A stretch of 64,000 nt of DNA from Vicugna vicugna. Lineage: Eukaryota. Shown piece by piece: positions 50,760 through 62,949 of this stretch. Under the pieces are notes generated by a model. The model did not search any database, was not told the DNA's origin, and saw only the letters and a program-made list of their open reading frames with translations. The DNA is taken from contig MU058065.1 in assembly GCA_013265495.1 (NCBI GenBank), positions 7,316,302-7,380,301 of the forward strand. Direction: 5' to 3'. Made by a program: the position numbers and the translations under genes. The first letter of the stretch is position 1, and every line of letters starts with the position of its first letter.

Positions 50760-51290
50760 AAAAAAGAATTCTCATGTACTCTTGGTGGGAATGTAAATTG
50801 GTGCAGCCACTATAGAAAACAGTATGGTGTTTCCTTAAGAAATTAAAAATAGAACTACCATATGATCCAAAAATTCCATTTCTGGGTACTTATCTGAAGA
50901 AAACAAAATCACTGTTTCAAAAAATGTCTACACCCCCATGTTCATTACAGCATTATTTACAATAACCATGAGAACAATCTAAGTTTCTACCAATGGTTGA
51001 TGGATAAAGAAAATGTGGTATATGTATACAGTGGAATACTACTCAGTCATAAAAAGAAGGAATCCTGCCATTTGTGACAACATGGATGGACCTTGAGAAC
51101 ATCATGCTAAGTGAGATAAGTCAGACAGAGAAAGACACATACCATATTATCTCACTTATATGTGGAATCTAAACCCCTCCCCAAACAAAAAACTCCAACT
51201 CTTAGATGTAAGATTTGTAGTTGCCAGAGGCAAGGAATAGAGGTGGGGGAAATTTGTGAAGATGGCAAGAGGGTTTTAAAAAAAAACCCT
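50760..51290 (+). mobile_element. L1MA/MB-type 3' end
   Basis: 'ggtgggaatgtaaattggtgcagccactatagaaaacagtatgg...atagaactaccatatgatcc...catggatggaccttgagaacatcatgctaagtgagataagtcag'. Confidence 0.9.
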
Positions 51291-51551
51291 GATGCGAGTT
51301 AACCAAAAATCACAATTTGCTCTACACACAAAATTTACAACAAAAACTAGGATTTTCCTACATAATTTGTTGAAATGGAATTTTAACAGAATTAAAACCT
51401 TGCTAAAAATAAAATTCCTAGTCTCCAGAGAGGAAAAGAATGGCCACTCAACCTTTTGGTACTCAGTGAGCAAGTGAAAACAAGTTCTTTGGACACATTT
51501 GGAAAGAAAAGAAATAGCAAACACATATGTTTTTAACTCTCTCTGTCTCAG

Positions 51552-51602
51552 CTCATGGATATGTTTGCATGCTGAGTCTGGGTATGTGGCTTGGGGATTT
51601 AG
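51552..51602 (+). other. Candidate 51-nt exon
   Basis: Acceptor ttttaactctctctgtctcag| and donor TAG|gtaagc; no recognisable peptide. Confidence 0.2.
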
Positions 51603-52779
51603 GTAAGCTTCTTTGTGTGGTCAGGAGATTGAGGTGGGAGATCGTAAAACGAGCTGAACTGTAATGCTGATGGGAATCAACCTTCCAAAAGCACTTAGCT
51701 AGGACATACACAACTCATCCCAACTGCTCTGGGTCAACCAAGACCAGCACAGACTTGAGAGGGTGCGAGTGAAATCCTTAGCCAGATGTAGAATTGCTCA
51801 TCATAGATCAGTGACTCAAGTCTTGGGGAAAGATTGATAGAATCATCTGGGAAGATTTCAAATGATGGTCTTCTTCACCCTTTCCTGAGTCCTGCTCTCC
51901 TTTTAAGAATCACGAGAATCCACAACACAATGAGCCTCCTTTACTAGTGGACATCTGCCTTATTCCTCAGAGGCTTTGGGTAGAAAGAAAAGGAAGATTA
52001 TTATTGTAGAGGACCAAATTGTGTCCATATGGTTACTAACACAGCCTTGTTCTCTTAGGACTCTTGTTCTCCAGCTCTTTTGTCTTGGCGCTATCCTTTC
52101 TTTGTGCTGTTGTTTTGCTGTCAGTGTTCTTTCTTCCAGGTTCTGATAAGTGTTCTCTGAAACATTCTCTGCTCCTCTGTCCCATACCTGAGAAAGAGTG
52201 CTGGGGACCAGTGTAGCACCTGGGACACAGCCCACAGGATTGGGATTCTGCCCAGGTTTGCTTCCCTTGATCTTTGGAGTGATCTAGCCTGGATGGATTT
52301 CTTGGTGCTCCTGCACAACTATCAATCCACAGCTCATGGCTGGGTTCTTTCACATAATGGTGGTGGTGTGGAAGTTCTGTCTGGAGAGATGTCTTATGTC
52401 TGAATGTTGACATATGTCTATATTTCCTGCCCTTTTAAGGCTGCTATGCCTTGCCTCCAGGTGTTCGGGAATCTGGATAGGGCCACACCTACCCTGCTCA
52501 ACCTTTTCCTGAGGTTTGTCTCCTCACAGTGTATCCCTAGAATCTCTTCTGAAATAGACAGCTCCTGTACCCCATCTGTTTCCTTTCTCTTGGGCCACTG
52601 CAGTGCACACTCCTCAAGACAGATCCTCTGTGTCTGAGAACAACCTATCTCCACTTCCTCAATACCCACTTCCTGTGCCCTGTGAAACTTCAATCTCTGG
52701 GACCAGTGTCAATTATTACCTTTCCATGAGGGTGTTCCCAGGGCAGGAAACACATGTATAGAAGCGTGAAAAATGAAAA

Positions 52780-53700
52780 GTAAGACAGATTTTCCCCACA
52801 TCAGCCCTACTCTTCAGAGGTAAACATTTAGAGTGTTTCCTACTTATGGAACTTCTGCCGGTTATCTTCATAAATGTAAACAATGTGCTTTTACCTCCAC
52901 ATTTTGATTTTTTTAGCTTTAAGTAGCATCTTCTGATACTGTTATGGATGAAAAATTTAGCTCATTTCTAGTACCTCTTCTATTAGGTATATTTATTACT
53001 GTAAACAACTTATGAAAACCTCAATTTCTTCACTGAAAAAACTAGGAAGTATCTTCATTTTTCAAGTATTTTTGAGGAATTTAGCGTACAATCACTTCCC
53101 TCCACTTTTCTTCACCACCCCCCATCTTTCAGCATTTGTCAAGAACACCGTCCTTTAAAAAATTTGTTTTATTTTTTATCGAGTTATAGTCAGCTTACAA
53201 TGTTGTGTCAATTTCTAGTGTACAGCACAATTTTTCAGTCATATATGAATATACATATATTCATTTTCATATTCTCTTTCACCATGAGCTACCACAAGAT
53301 CTTGCACATATTTCCCTGCACTATACAGTATAAATTAGTCTATCTATTCTATATATACCTGTCAGCATCTACAAATCTCAAACTCCCAGTCTATCCCTTC
53401 CTACTCCCCTGCCCCCTGACAACCACAAGTTTGTTTTCTATGTCTGTGGGTCTGTTTCTGTTTTATATTTAAGTTCATTTTATACCATCCTCTTGAAATT
53501 TGCAGGTTTATAGCATTTGCTATAGTAGCATATGCTACTTTGTAACCATAAGACTTTTTAACTTTTTCAATGATTATATGAATATCAAAAGCCAATAAAC
53601 AATGTTTGCAAAATATTAACTCTAGACCTGACAGTATATTGAGTCTCATAGAAAAAGAGCAGAAGTTGTCTACTGCCACTTGAAAGAGAACACTGCAAGG
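52780..53700 (-). mobile_element. Ancient L1 (L1ME-like) remnants flanking a younger insert
   Basis: 'ccctactcttcagaggtaaaca', 'ttctgatactgttatggatgaaaaatttagc', 'aaaagccaataaacaatgtttgc'. Confidence 0.45.
53160..53480 (-). mobile_element. Camelid-type L1 3' fragment
   Basis: 'gagttatagtcagcttacaatgttgtgtcaatttctagtgtacagcacaatttttcag...aaccacaagtttgttttctatgtctgtg'. Confidence 0.92.
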
Positions 53701-54649
53701 CTCAAGATCCAACAGATACTGGGTTAGACTCCATTCATGATTCAGACTTATGCCACAGATGATGATACAAAGGGAGGAACATGAGTAAAGAGTACTGTAT
53801 TGTCTCCAAGATAGATAACCGAGGTCGAAGGAATATATAGAGTAGAAAATGACCACCCATGTTTGTTCTTCAAGAGATTGTGGAAAAAAGAAATGAAGAC
53901 AGAGAAAGATGAGAAGGGAGCTGCTGAGCAAGAGATGGGATGGTAGTTGGGGACAAGGACTTAAGCATCCCAGGCATCTGGATATAATAAAGTTTACAGG
54001 CAGGAAAGCATATCTCCTGTCTCTTGGGGGGGCTCACCTGAAAAGCACTAACCCAAAGGTTGCCACAACAAAGTAAAACTGATGATGTCCCACGGTTTGG
54101 GAGAGAGAAGGCCTGGATTTTGTTCTCTCAAAATACTCTGGGTTCCTGTGTAACATGAGCAGGATGTGAACATTCCAGCTTTCAAGTAAGAATGAGAAAT
54201 TGGCTAGGAGGCTGAAAAAGAGCTTACTGAGGGCATGGGAGTGAATTTCTAGAACAGGGTGAAAGAGTCTTGTAGCTATGGAATGAGTCACCTGAGTCAA
54301 AATCAGAGGAAGTTCTCGCTAGAACTCAGCACCGTCCATAGAGGCAGTGGGAGCCCTGGTAGGGACAGGCTGACCAGGAAGGGGTTCTGGGCTGAAAGAG
54401 AGATTCAACTATGAGTTATGGCAGCCAATGCCCTGAATAGCCAATGCCAGGAGATTGCCCAGTCCAGGACAGTCTTCCTAAAATGTCCTTCTCTACAGGG
54501 ATGGTCAACAAGGATTTAGAGGACACCATGTGGATTCAAGAACCTCTTATCTCCTCACTGGTTTGGGGACATTATAAACCATCCTCCTATGCCTAAAGGC
54601 CACATTGGGAAAAGAAAGGGCATAAGAGTAACAAAGTCAAAGTCTGAGA

Positions 54650-55042
54650 TGGACCTAGAGATTATCATACTAAGTGAAGTAAGTCAGACAAAGACAAATG
54701 TTATAAGATTATCACTTATATGTGGAATCTAAAAAATAGTACAAATAAACTTATTTACAGAAAAAAAAAAGACTCATAGACATAGAAAACAAACTTATAG
54801 TTACCAAAGGGGAAGTGGAGGGATAAATCAGGAGTAAGGGATTAAGAGATGCACACTAACATATAAAAATAGATAAACAATAAGAATCTACTGTATAGCA
54901 CAAGGGACTCCATTCAGTATCTTGTAATAAATTATGATGGAAAGTAATAAAAATATAGATATATACATATTTATGTATAATCAGATCATTTTACTGGACA
55001 CCTGAAACTAACACAATATCGTAAGTCAACTACATTTCAATA
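54650..55042 (+). mobile_element. Artiodactyl-type L1 3' fragment with 11-bp exact TSD
   Basis: 'ggacctagagattatcatactaagtgaagtaagtcagaca...ctactgtatagcacaaggg...cacctgaaactaacacaa'; TSD aaagtctgaga 54639-54649 / 55043-55053. Confidence 0.93.
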
Positions 55043-55689
55043 AAAGTCTGAGAACCTGAGCATTTTACCTGGAAGCATTGTTTAAATTATTGCATTTGAC
55101 TGAAATAATCCAATTGGATTACGTTTACTTTTTTATTTTCTCAGCCCACATGGGCATCTAGAGAGGATCATACTAGTTATAGAGACATGAGGAAGCCACA
55201 TTTTCTCTGCACATCTGGGTGAAGTATGAGTCTCTGACCCCAAGAGGTCTGAGTTGTTATTAGACATTGTTTTTTGTAACCACTCAGAGCAGAAATATCT
55301 GGCAAACATCCTCTGGCCTAAGAAGGTCTGGATTGTCCTATAACAAATTTGGGATTATTCACAGTCATGGGGGACAGGGAGAGGCTGAATCACTGTAGCT
55401 TCTAACAATAATTCAAAAATCTCATTTTTGCTGAGTGTTGACCATTGACCAAATTTTCCAGTTTCTCAGAGGTTACCAAATGGACTGATCTGAACTGTAT
55501 CTCTTTATTGCCTCTATCAGAAGAGTAAAGCATCTGTGAAGTAATTCAACATGATTGTGACTCTCTGTGGTCGCTGGAACTGGGCATGGGGGTGGGAGCT
55601 GAGAATGGAGGTTGGGGTTGGGTGCTGGATTGGATCTCTGAGTCTCTCTAGGAGACCCAGGGGTTTCTCTCAAGGTATGCATGACCTGC

Positions 55690-56265
55690 CTCATAGCTCT
55701 TCTATGACTTCCCAGTGCACCTAGAATAAAATCTAAGCTCCTTTCCAGGCTGCCTGCCTTCTGAGATCCCTGTGCCACTGTCTTCTGCCTCACTGACAAA
55801 GCACCAGATACTGTTTTATGCCAATATGATTTTTTAATCTTTATTTCTTACAAAGTTCTTAGAAAACTCTAAGCTCTTTTCTGTCCCTTAAAGTCATTTC
55901 TCTGCTTTCTCAAAAGTCCTCTTCACTTATAGCTTTCCACAATTATCTCCTTGATATCTCAGTTTAAATGTCTTCTCTGCAGAAAAGCCTTATATGACCT
56001 TCTTGGCCTTCCATGGCCTCCCTTGACCTTCCATAACTTCGACCCCATTATTATCTTTCTCAGCACTCTAGTTATTGCCTAATTGAGCACTTATCACAGG
56101 TTGTGATGACTTATTTAGTTAAGAGTTTGCTCCTTTGCCTGTCCCCTGCATGAGGATTTAAGCTCCCAAAAGACTATGTGTGTCCTGATTGTCACCATGT
56201 CTCCAGTTAGCACACTGCTGGGCAGGTACTTTGCTCTGTGTGGACGGTTGTTGAATGAATGAAGT
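55690..56265 (+). mobile_element. L2 3' region
   Basis: 'gacttcccagtgcacctagaataaaatctaagctcc', 'tctcagtttaaatgtcttctctgcagaaaagcctt', tail 'gttgttgaatgaatgaa'. Confidence 0.85.
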
Positions 56266-57084
56266 GGGCAGATATGATTTAATATTCTGAGCTCAGTTCA
56301 GACACATGGCAGTCAAAGAGAGGAGGAGGGACAAATCATCCCAGGTAGTCTGTAAACAAGATAACACCCCTCAAGGGGACTGCCTTGGCTGTCCTTGGGG
56401 AGATGGATTCAGTGTGGAGGACACGACAGGCTTCCCAAAGACAGAAGGAGGGTTAAAACCGAGGAGAGAGAGAAAAGACAAATGAAGTCTACTCAAAGCA
56501 AAACAGATGTTTCACCTCATATCCACTTTGTTTTCGTGAGGAGAAGGGGGAGTGGGAGTGCTGGGAGAAAATGATGGCTATTTGTTTGAACTTCACTTCT
56601 TCCTGAGTTGCCCAGTTACTGGAGACCTGGGACCCTTGGCTCCTTCCTTCCCTTCCCGTCTCACCAAGTGAGTCATAGCCAAAGCATTTGTGCAAAGCAC
56701 AAGCTAGTGGCAGAGGGGAAGGGGCTGAAGAAAAATCCAGAAGCTGGCTTCTGGTAGGATCTGAAACCATTCTGACTTCCAGGGTTTAAGCATGGCTGTC
56801 TTCCAAGTCCCAGAGGGAAGCATTGTCCTAGAATGCTGGATACTGGGCTCCTAAGAATCTGTGGAGTTCTGGGAGAATCAGTTCTGCAAACGGTAAAATT
56901 CCTGGAAACCCTGGGGCCATGACGAGCAAGAAAGCCCCCCTCACCTTGAGTGGATAGAAATTTCACCTGTGGCAGGAAACAGTCAAGGTACTTGGCCTTT
57001 GGCAGGATGATTGATTTTTGAAAAGGAGGGCTATTATGGGATGTATGCTGGGGTGACACACAAATGCACTCTGGCACAGCTGCT

Positions 57085-57210
57085 CATAGTCAACACTCAA
57101 GAAATATCAATTAGTCACCTACTATGTGCTAGGCCTTGATCTTATCATTGAGAATCAACAATGAGCAAACAGCAAAATCTGATCCTCATGATACTTTCAT
57201 TCATGTGAGC
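57085..57210 (-). mobile_element. L2 3' end
   Basis: 'cacctactatgtgctaggcc...aatgagcaaacagcaaaatctgatcctcatg'. Confidence 0.65.
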
Positions 57211-58189
57211 TAATGGTTTACGTAGGTTCCTGGAATTTATTTTCTATGTTCTTATATTTGGAGATGCTCTAATGCTGAGAATAAGCTCTCTTGTTTGGAG
57301 CTTTCTAAAAAATTGTGATACTAATGGCATTCAATATTTGGAGTGACAGGAGCAGTGGCAGTTAAGATGTTAAAAGAGAGAAAAGCAGGAGAAATGGTCA
57401 TTTGAGCTTATCATGACATGTCAGTCATGATAAGACATGGCAGTCATGATAAGTCATGACAGGCAGGTGCCAAAGAGATTCCTGTAACCAGAATGAGACT
57501 AGTCCTTGGAGCACAGAGAGACCCTTGGCAGGAAGGGAGCAGCTGGGTTTGCTTATTTGGTGTCCCTGTGGGGACAGTGGGGTAGATTTTCCCAGCTCCT
57601 CACTCTTGTTTCCCTACCATCTGCAATTTTGCCACCCTAAAACCTCCCGAGATGTACCGACATTCTATTCCACCAGCATCCTTTCCTTCTCAGCTCTGCC
57701 ATCTCTGGCTGGTTACCCTATGTTCAGAGCAAGCTGTTACTGGTTGCCATGCTTCTTTGTTCTCACCACTTCTCACCTTGTCTCTCTTACTATTCCAGAT
57801 GTGATCTTTAGGTTAAAGCAGGAAGGAGGTGAGCTGGGGCGTCAGGAGGTGGGGTCTCTAGGGAGTGCAAGAAAGAACCAAGGCCCAGATGATCATTAAT
57901 GTAATCATTAATGCCCTGTTCCTCTTCATTGCACTTCAGCAACCCCATCTCAAGACCACCCTCTGAGTGTTCTTATCTCCCAGAATGCTTCTTCTGATAT
58001 TGAAACCACTTACTCCACTCATTGACCAGAACTTGTCTTCCTTTACTCTTGCTCTACTGCTTAAGCAGAGTCTTGGACGGCATCACATTTCTTTGTTCCC
58101 CCAAATATGCTAATTGATAATGAATTCCCTGAGGCTCAGTTTTACTTCTTTCCTATTCAGCATAGACCCTGTGTTAGAGCAATTCAGCT

Positions 58190-58540
58190 CATTGTTATGA
58201 GAGAAACAAACCCCTTTTAACTTAAGCTATTGTTACTATACCCATTACTTGCAGCCAAATGCTTTCCTAACCAATGTACCTGATCTCCTTTTGGTTTTTA
58301 ATGTTGCTATACTGTAGATGCTAAGGGTTCCTCTGTAACTTCTCTGATTATAGACCATCCACATTTTATGAGACTATGAGGGCTGGAAGAGCCCTTAGAA
58401 ATCAATATCCAGTTTCCTAGCTTTATATATGGTAAGCAAAATGCACAGAGGGAAAGAAGTATGGAGAGTTGGTGGGACAGTGAGGCCTGCAGCCCAAGAA
58501 TCTTAGACATGAGTCTAGCGTTCAGTGTCACCATCTTCCT
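58190..58540. mobile_element. MLT1 3' remnant (about 58190-58280, +) and MIR/MIR3 (about 58350-58540, -)
   Basis: 'aaccccttttaacttaagcta...ttacttgcagccaaatgctttcctaac'; 'gggctggaagagcccttagaaatcaatatccag'. Confidence 0.55.
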
Positions 58541-59079
58541 ATCTCCTTGCTTTGAAATAGGAACAAAAGCTGAGGGTGTGAAAAGAATCCCTTCTCTCTT
58601 GCTTGTGGCCATGATGGCTACATTGTGGACACACACTGAGCGAAGCTGTGTGCTTTGAGGCTCTGATTATCTTGTGGAAAGACAGACCATGAAAACATGG
58701 GCAGTGATCACCACCTTGGAGAAGGGGGAGGCCCCAGGCATGTGCCTGCTGTGTTTTTTCTCTGCTACACTAAATTGCTTTACTGGAGACAGATTCAGCT
58801 GGTGCTCAGGGTCTTGGAATTCAGTCCCCCAAAGCAGCACTCAGACTTGAGCTCAGTGACCACACTGTTACAGGCTCCACGAGCCCAAGCTAATTAACTA
58901 GGAGAGTTGCACACACAGGAAACATGCTGCTCACCGGCTGTCCATTTCTCTTTGTCTTTCTCTTAAATGTGACTTCTGTTAAGTCATATTTCAGAATTCA
59001 ATATCTTACTTTTCTCTCCTCTATTTCCATGTTAGCCACAGCACTCACTCTTTGAACACTGAACACTTAGCAGTGACTC

Positions 59080-59490
59080 TCATCTTATTAATTTGTTTTT
59101 TATAAATCCCAGCCTCAGGTTAAAGCTTTGAGTAAAGCCTGCTCCTTCTTCCAGGAAGGCTCTCCTTTGGTCCTTTGGCTGTCACTTAACTGCTATTTCA
59201 GTCTCTGCACAAACACCAATTTTTTGCGTAGGGCTTTGCCCACCCGCCCCCCTCCCATCCCCATGCTGCCAGCCACTCTCTAGCAAAGCCTCTTCTTTCC
59301 CTGCTCAGTCTAGACATTTTATTTCCTTCAAAGTAATTGGCACCAGAGGAAAAGGTCTTGTATGTTTACTTGTTTAGTTTCCATTTTTCTTGTTAGAATG
59401 CAAACATCTCTTCTAGGGCAGATGTGTCCATCCTGGTGCTTCCCAGTACCAAAAACTGTGTCTGGCTTGACACAGACATCCAGAAGTTTC
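59080..59490 (+). mobile_element. Degraded L2 3' fragments
   Basis: 'cttcttccaggaaggctctcc', 'ttagaatgcaaacatctc..agggcagatgtgtc...cccagtacc...gtgtctggc'. Confidence 0.5.
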
Positions 59491-62079
59491 TTGTAAAGCT
59501 AAAGCAAACTGACAAAGATATAGAACAGGCTTTTGAAAGGATCCTGTTCTATATCATGGGTTGTCTGTGCTGTGTGCAAAGCGCAGCCATCAAATGCCAA
59601 CGACCAGCCCTCACACCAGCTCTCAGGCTTAGGTGCCCAGGGCAAAAAAGGACCTTATGTAGTGACTTTCCTCTACACTTTCCTTCCCAGTGTTTTTTCC
59701 TGCACACTTGAGGTATTAGATGTAACTCACAGAAGTTAAAGCAAGCCCTTTTATATCTATTCCCACCCAAAGAGTGGCTTTTTTGGTTCCTTTTCTAGGA
59801 ATGGGGGAAATCTCTTTTAAAAGCTTGACTAGAGGTGCATGCCCTCACTTGCTGGCTACTAATCCCACCTCCACCTGATTGAGCTCTTTTGAGAAAGCAT
59901 CTCTCCTTTGCTCCTTGATCTGCTGCACTGAAAACCCTCAGGCACCAACACAGTCCCCATGATTCTCCTTGAGAAATCATAACCTCTTGCATGCCTCCAC
60001 AGGTATTCGGGTGGTTTTCCAACTTGGCTGCCTATGTCTCCTTGCATTAAATCCAGTCTCTTCAGTTTGAGCTCTAAGAGCTGTCTCTCCCACCTCTCTC
60101 ATTCCCCAATCCAAGTTCACTATGTACCCACTTCCCACCATTTGCAGCTCTCCTAAAATGTTCCCTGGTCCTTGTCTGCCTTCCTCAGCTTCGTGCATTC
60201 CACTCTCTCTCTGTTCATCACGACCTGCAGAGAACTATTTTGGCCTCTCCTTATTATCACTTTCCTCCTCATCCACAAATCCATCCTCAAAACTTCGTCT
60301 TACGGGAGAGATTCCCAGACTCACTCTCTCTGACTTGCCCCACCTGACCAATTCCAACAACCCTCCAATGTATCTGTCTGTCTGCACAGAGCCACCTCAA
60401 CAGGATTCTGCTATGCCCAGGTATTGGTGGGGATCAGATTTTGGGTCCCCACATAATCTTGTTGGATGAAATTTTCTTCTAGGTAAGAAATTTGGTTTTC
60501 TGAGTCTGGGATTGCAACATGTCTACATTTTTTTTTAAACTAACTTTCTCTTTAGTGGACATCAGAGTGGAGTATAAATAGGAAGACCATAAATGAGTAA
60601 TCGTCATGATTTCAAGTTTCATTCCTCCTCGTCATTCTTGCCACCGCCGATCTGCTCATCCTCTCCACAGCCCTGTGGCTGACAAATTGCAACTCAGAGA
60701 AATGATCTTGAGTCACGCAGTAACTCTCTTTCTTAAGGCAACCGAGCACAGCTTGGCATGAGGGGGCAGAAGGGGAAAGAGCCTCAGCCCTCAGGGGTCT
60801 TACAGTTTATCAGAGAAGTGGAATCAGCAAACAGACATAAAGGAAAATACATAAGGGGGCCGCAGGGAATGGCTTGAAACCCGGAATCTTGGCTCTTAGA
60901 TCTTTGTTTCACCCACCATTGACTCTCCTGGCAACTGTCTAGGAATATTTCAGAGTCACTTGGGTAGAGCCCGAGAGTGAATCAAACGTCTCTTTTCATA
61001 GACCCACCAGGCTGGCTGAGAGCTGTGAAGGTCATTCTGTCCATTCCCTTACCCCTAGGCCAGACCACATCAATTCAGCCTGCCTATTCAAGGGTATCTC
61101 CTGTTTCCAAACCTCACCGGAGACAGATCTTACCCAGCTCTCTCTGTCTACTCTTCCTGCCCAGTAGTTTTGAGCCTTGGTAATGAATGGCTGAGACTAC
61201 TGCATTCCTTGGACAGCCTCTTAGCTGTGCATATTTGTCAAGCACTCCTGGGGAGGGAACTCAAGGGGATCTAGAGGCAAAGGCCTGCGTGTGTCTGCTG
61301 AGCCATACTCAGCTTTTCCTTTGGGCCTTTCAACTGTATTTTGTCCATGCTCCAAGGTGGGGAGGTGAATCCCATTTGCAAGGAGATGAATGCTGGTATT
61401 TGACTTATTGCTGTATCAGGGCCCAGAAGCCCTGGCAGAGAACGTGTCTCTTTATTTTGGAAGAGGACCTTGAATTCCACCTGCCTGCTCAGACTTCAGC
61501 ACCTCCTCTTCCTGCACCCTACTTTTCTCTTCTCACCTCTCTCACATGTCAGAGGAATGAAGGGGCAACATGGGGTTGAGGCTGCCAGGATAGGACTCAC
61601 TGACAGCCCTGTCTTTGCTCAGGATGCCACAGTTTTGATGTTCTGCAGGGTAGGGTACTATTGGCTGATACTGGTCAAGAGGCTCTGAAGGGAAGAAGAA
61701 GCGGTCTGAGTGAAGAGGTCATGTCAAAAAACAGTGTTGATAGAAGGCTAGGATTTACATATTTTCAAAAACAGATAGCTCTGTGAAGTTTTCTGTATGT
61801 CTTTCCAGGTCACTTTAGCTCTTCGCATTGTGAAGAGTGGCTTTGTGGAGTTGGGTAGTCAACTGTACGGATACTGATAGCAAGAAAGAAGTAATGGCCA
61901 TAGCACCTCCTGTATCTTCTGATGGGACATGCTTCTACCCTCACCCCTCAATCATACCTCTAGCTATGGCTGGCCGCTCCCCCTTGGAGCCTTCAGATCT
62001 TACCTGGGTGCTGCTTCTTCAGCCCACGTAGTTTCTCTTCCTAGTGCTGCCATTGCAGTCCTTTAAGAGAAAGACTATG

Positions 62080-62410
62080 AGGAAGTGGTTACACATGAAC
62101 CAAGAGGGGAGGAGGCTTTAGGAAAGAAGTGTCTCAGCGAAGTCAGTAAGAGTTCAAAAGTTTGGATTGGTTTTGTAATTCAGCAGGAAATCAGTAATTT
62201 CCTTGAGAGAAATTTCAGGGTTTGTAAAATCATCAACTGAACTACAGAAGGTTGAGAGTGAAAGAAAGTAAATTGTAGAAATCACATTTAGACAACTCCT
62301 TGAGAAATAGCCTGTGAAAGAAAAAGCTCAAAAGGGCTGTAGCTAAAGAAGGATACGTGCAAAAGGAGGAAGGCTTATTCATGCATTTTTTAAGATGGAA
62401 GTGACTTGAG
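62080..62410 (-). mobile_element. L2 fragment
   Basis: 'ccttgagagaaatttcaggg...tagacaactccttgagaaatagcctgtgaaag...ttttaagatggaagtgacttgag'. Confidence 0.65.
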
Positions 62411-62432
62411 AAATACATAATCTTAGGATAAG

Positions 62433-62949
62433 TGATATTTTGGATATTCTCTGTTTACTACATCCAAGTTGACTCTTTACCTGCAGTGTGCCCTGAGAGT
62501 TTGACCATTTGAGACTATGTTAAGGGGTCCCTTGTGATCTGGTTTGCAGTTGAGTTTGGACAATGGGAAGCAGTAACAGGAGGTCAGAGACCAGGAGAAG
62601 GAGTTTGGAATATCTGCTCCCACATCCCTGTCCTTGCCTGGCTAAGGTTTGGCAGCAGACCACAATTCTCTACCAAAGGCCACAACTCCTGCCAGACAGC
62701 TCCCTCCTGTCGCTGCCACAGCTCTAACTTTCTAGTAGTTCTGTTAACAGCTTCCTTTCTCTTTGCTTCGTCAAGCCTAGGGGTGGTGGTATTGGCTTCC
62801 TGCTGTTGCTACTCTTGGGAGCTTCACCAAACTTTTCTGATTTCCCTTAACTCTGACCACACCCTTGTAAATAGTCCCTTTATTAGACTCTCTTGAATTA
62901 CCCTCATTTGAATATGCCATCTGTTTCTTGTTGGGGACTTGACTGGAAA
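62433..62949 (+). mobile_element. ERVL LTR33-like solo LTR
   Basis: End 'cacacccttgtaaatagtccctttattagactctc..aattaccc..tttgaatatgccatctgtttcttgttggggacttgactg'. Confidence 0.8.

Noticed and set aside
53757..53825. ATGATGA box-C-like motif suggesting a C/D snoRNA (also 12792, 46209, 54078)
   Set aside because: No properly spaced CTGA box D and no terminal stem
53401..53931. 176-aa minus-strand ORF
   Set aside because: Runs across old and young L1 remnants; no protein-like features
57456..57899. 147-aa ATG ORF next to the palindrome
   Set aside because: No recognisable homology or motif; length within chance expectation for 64 kb in six frames
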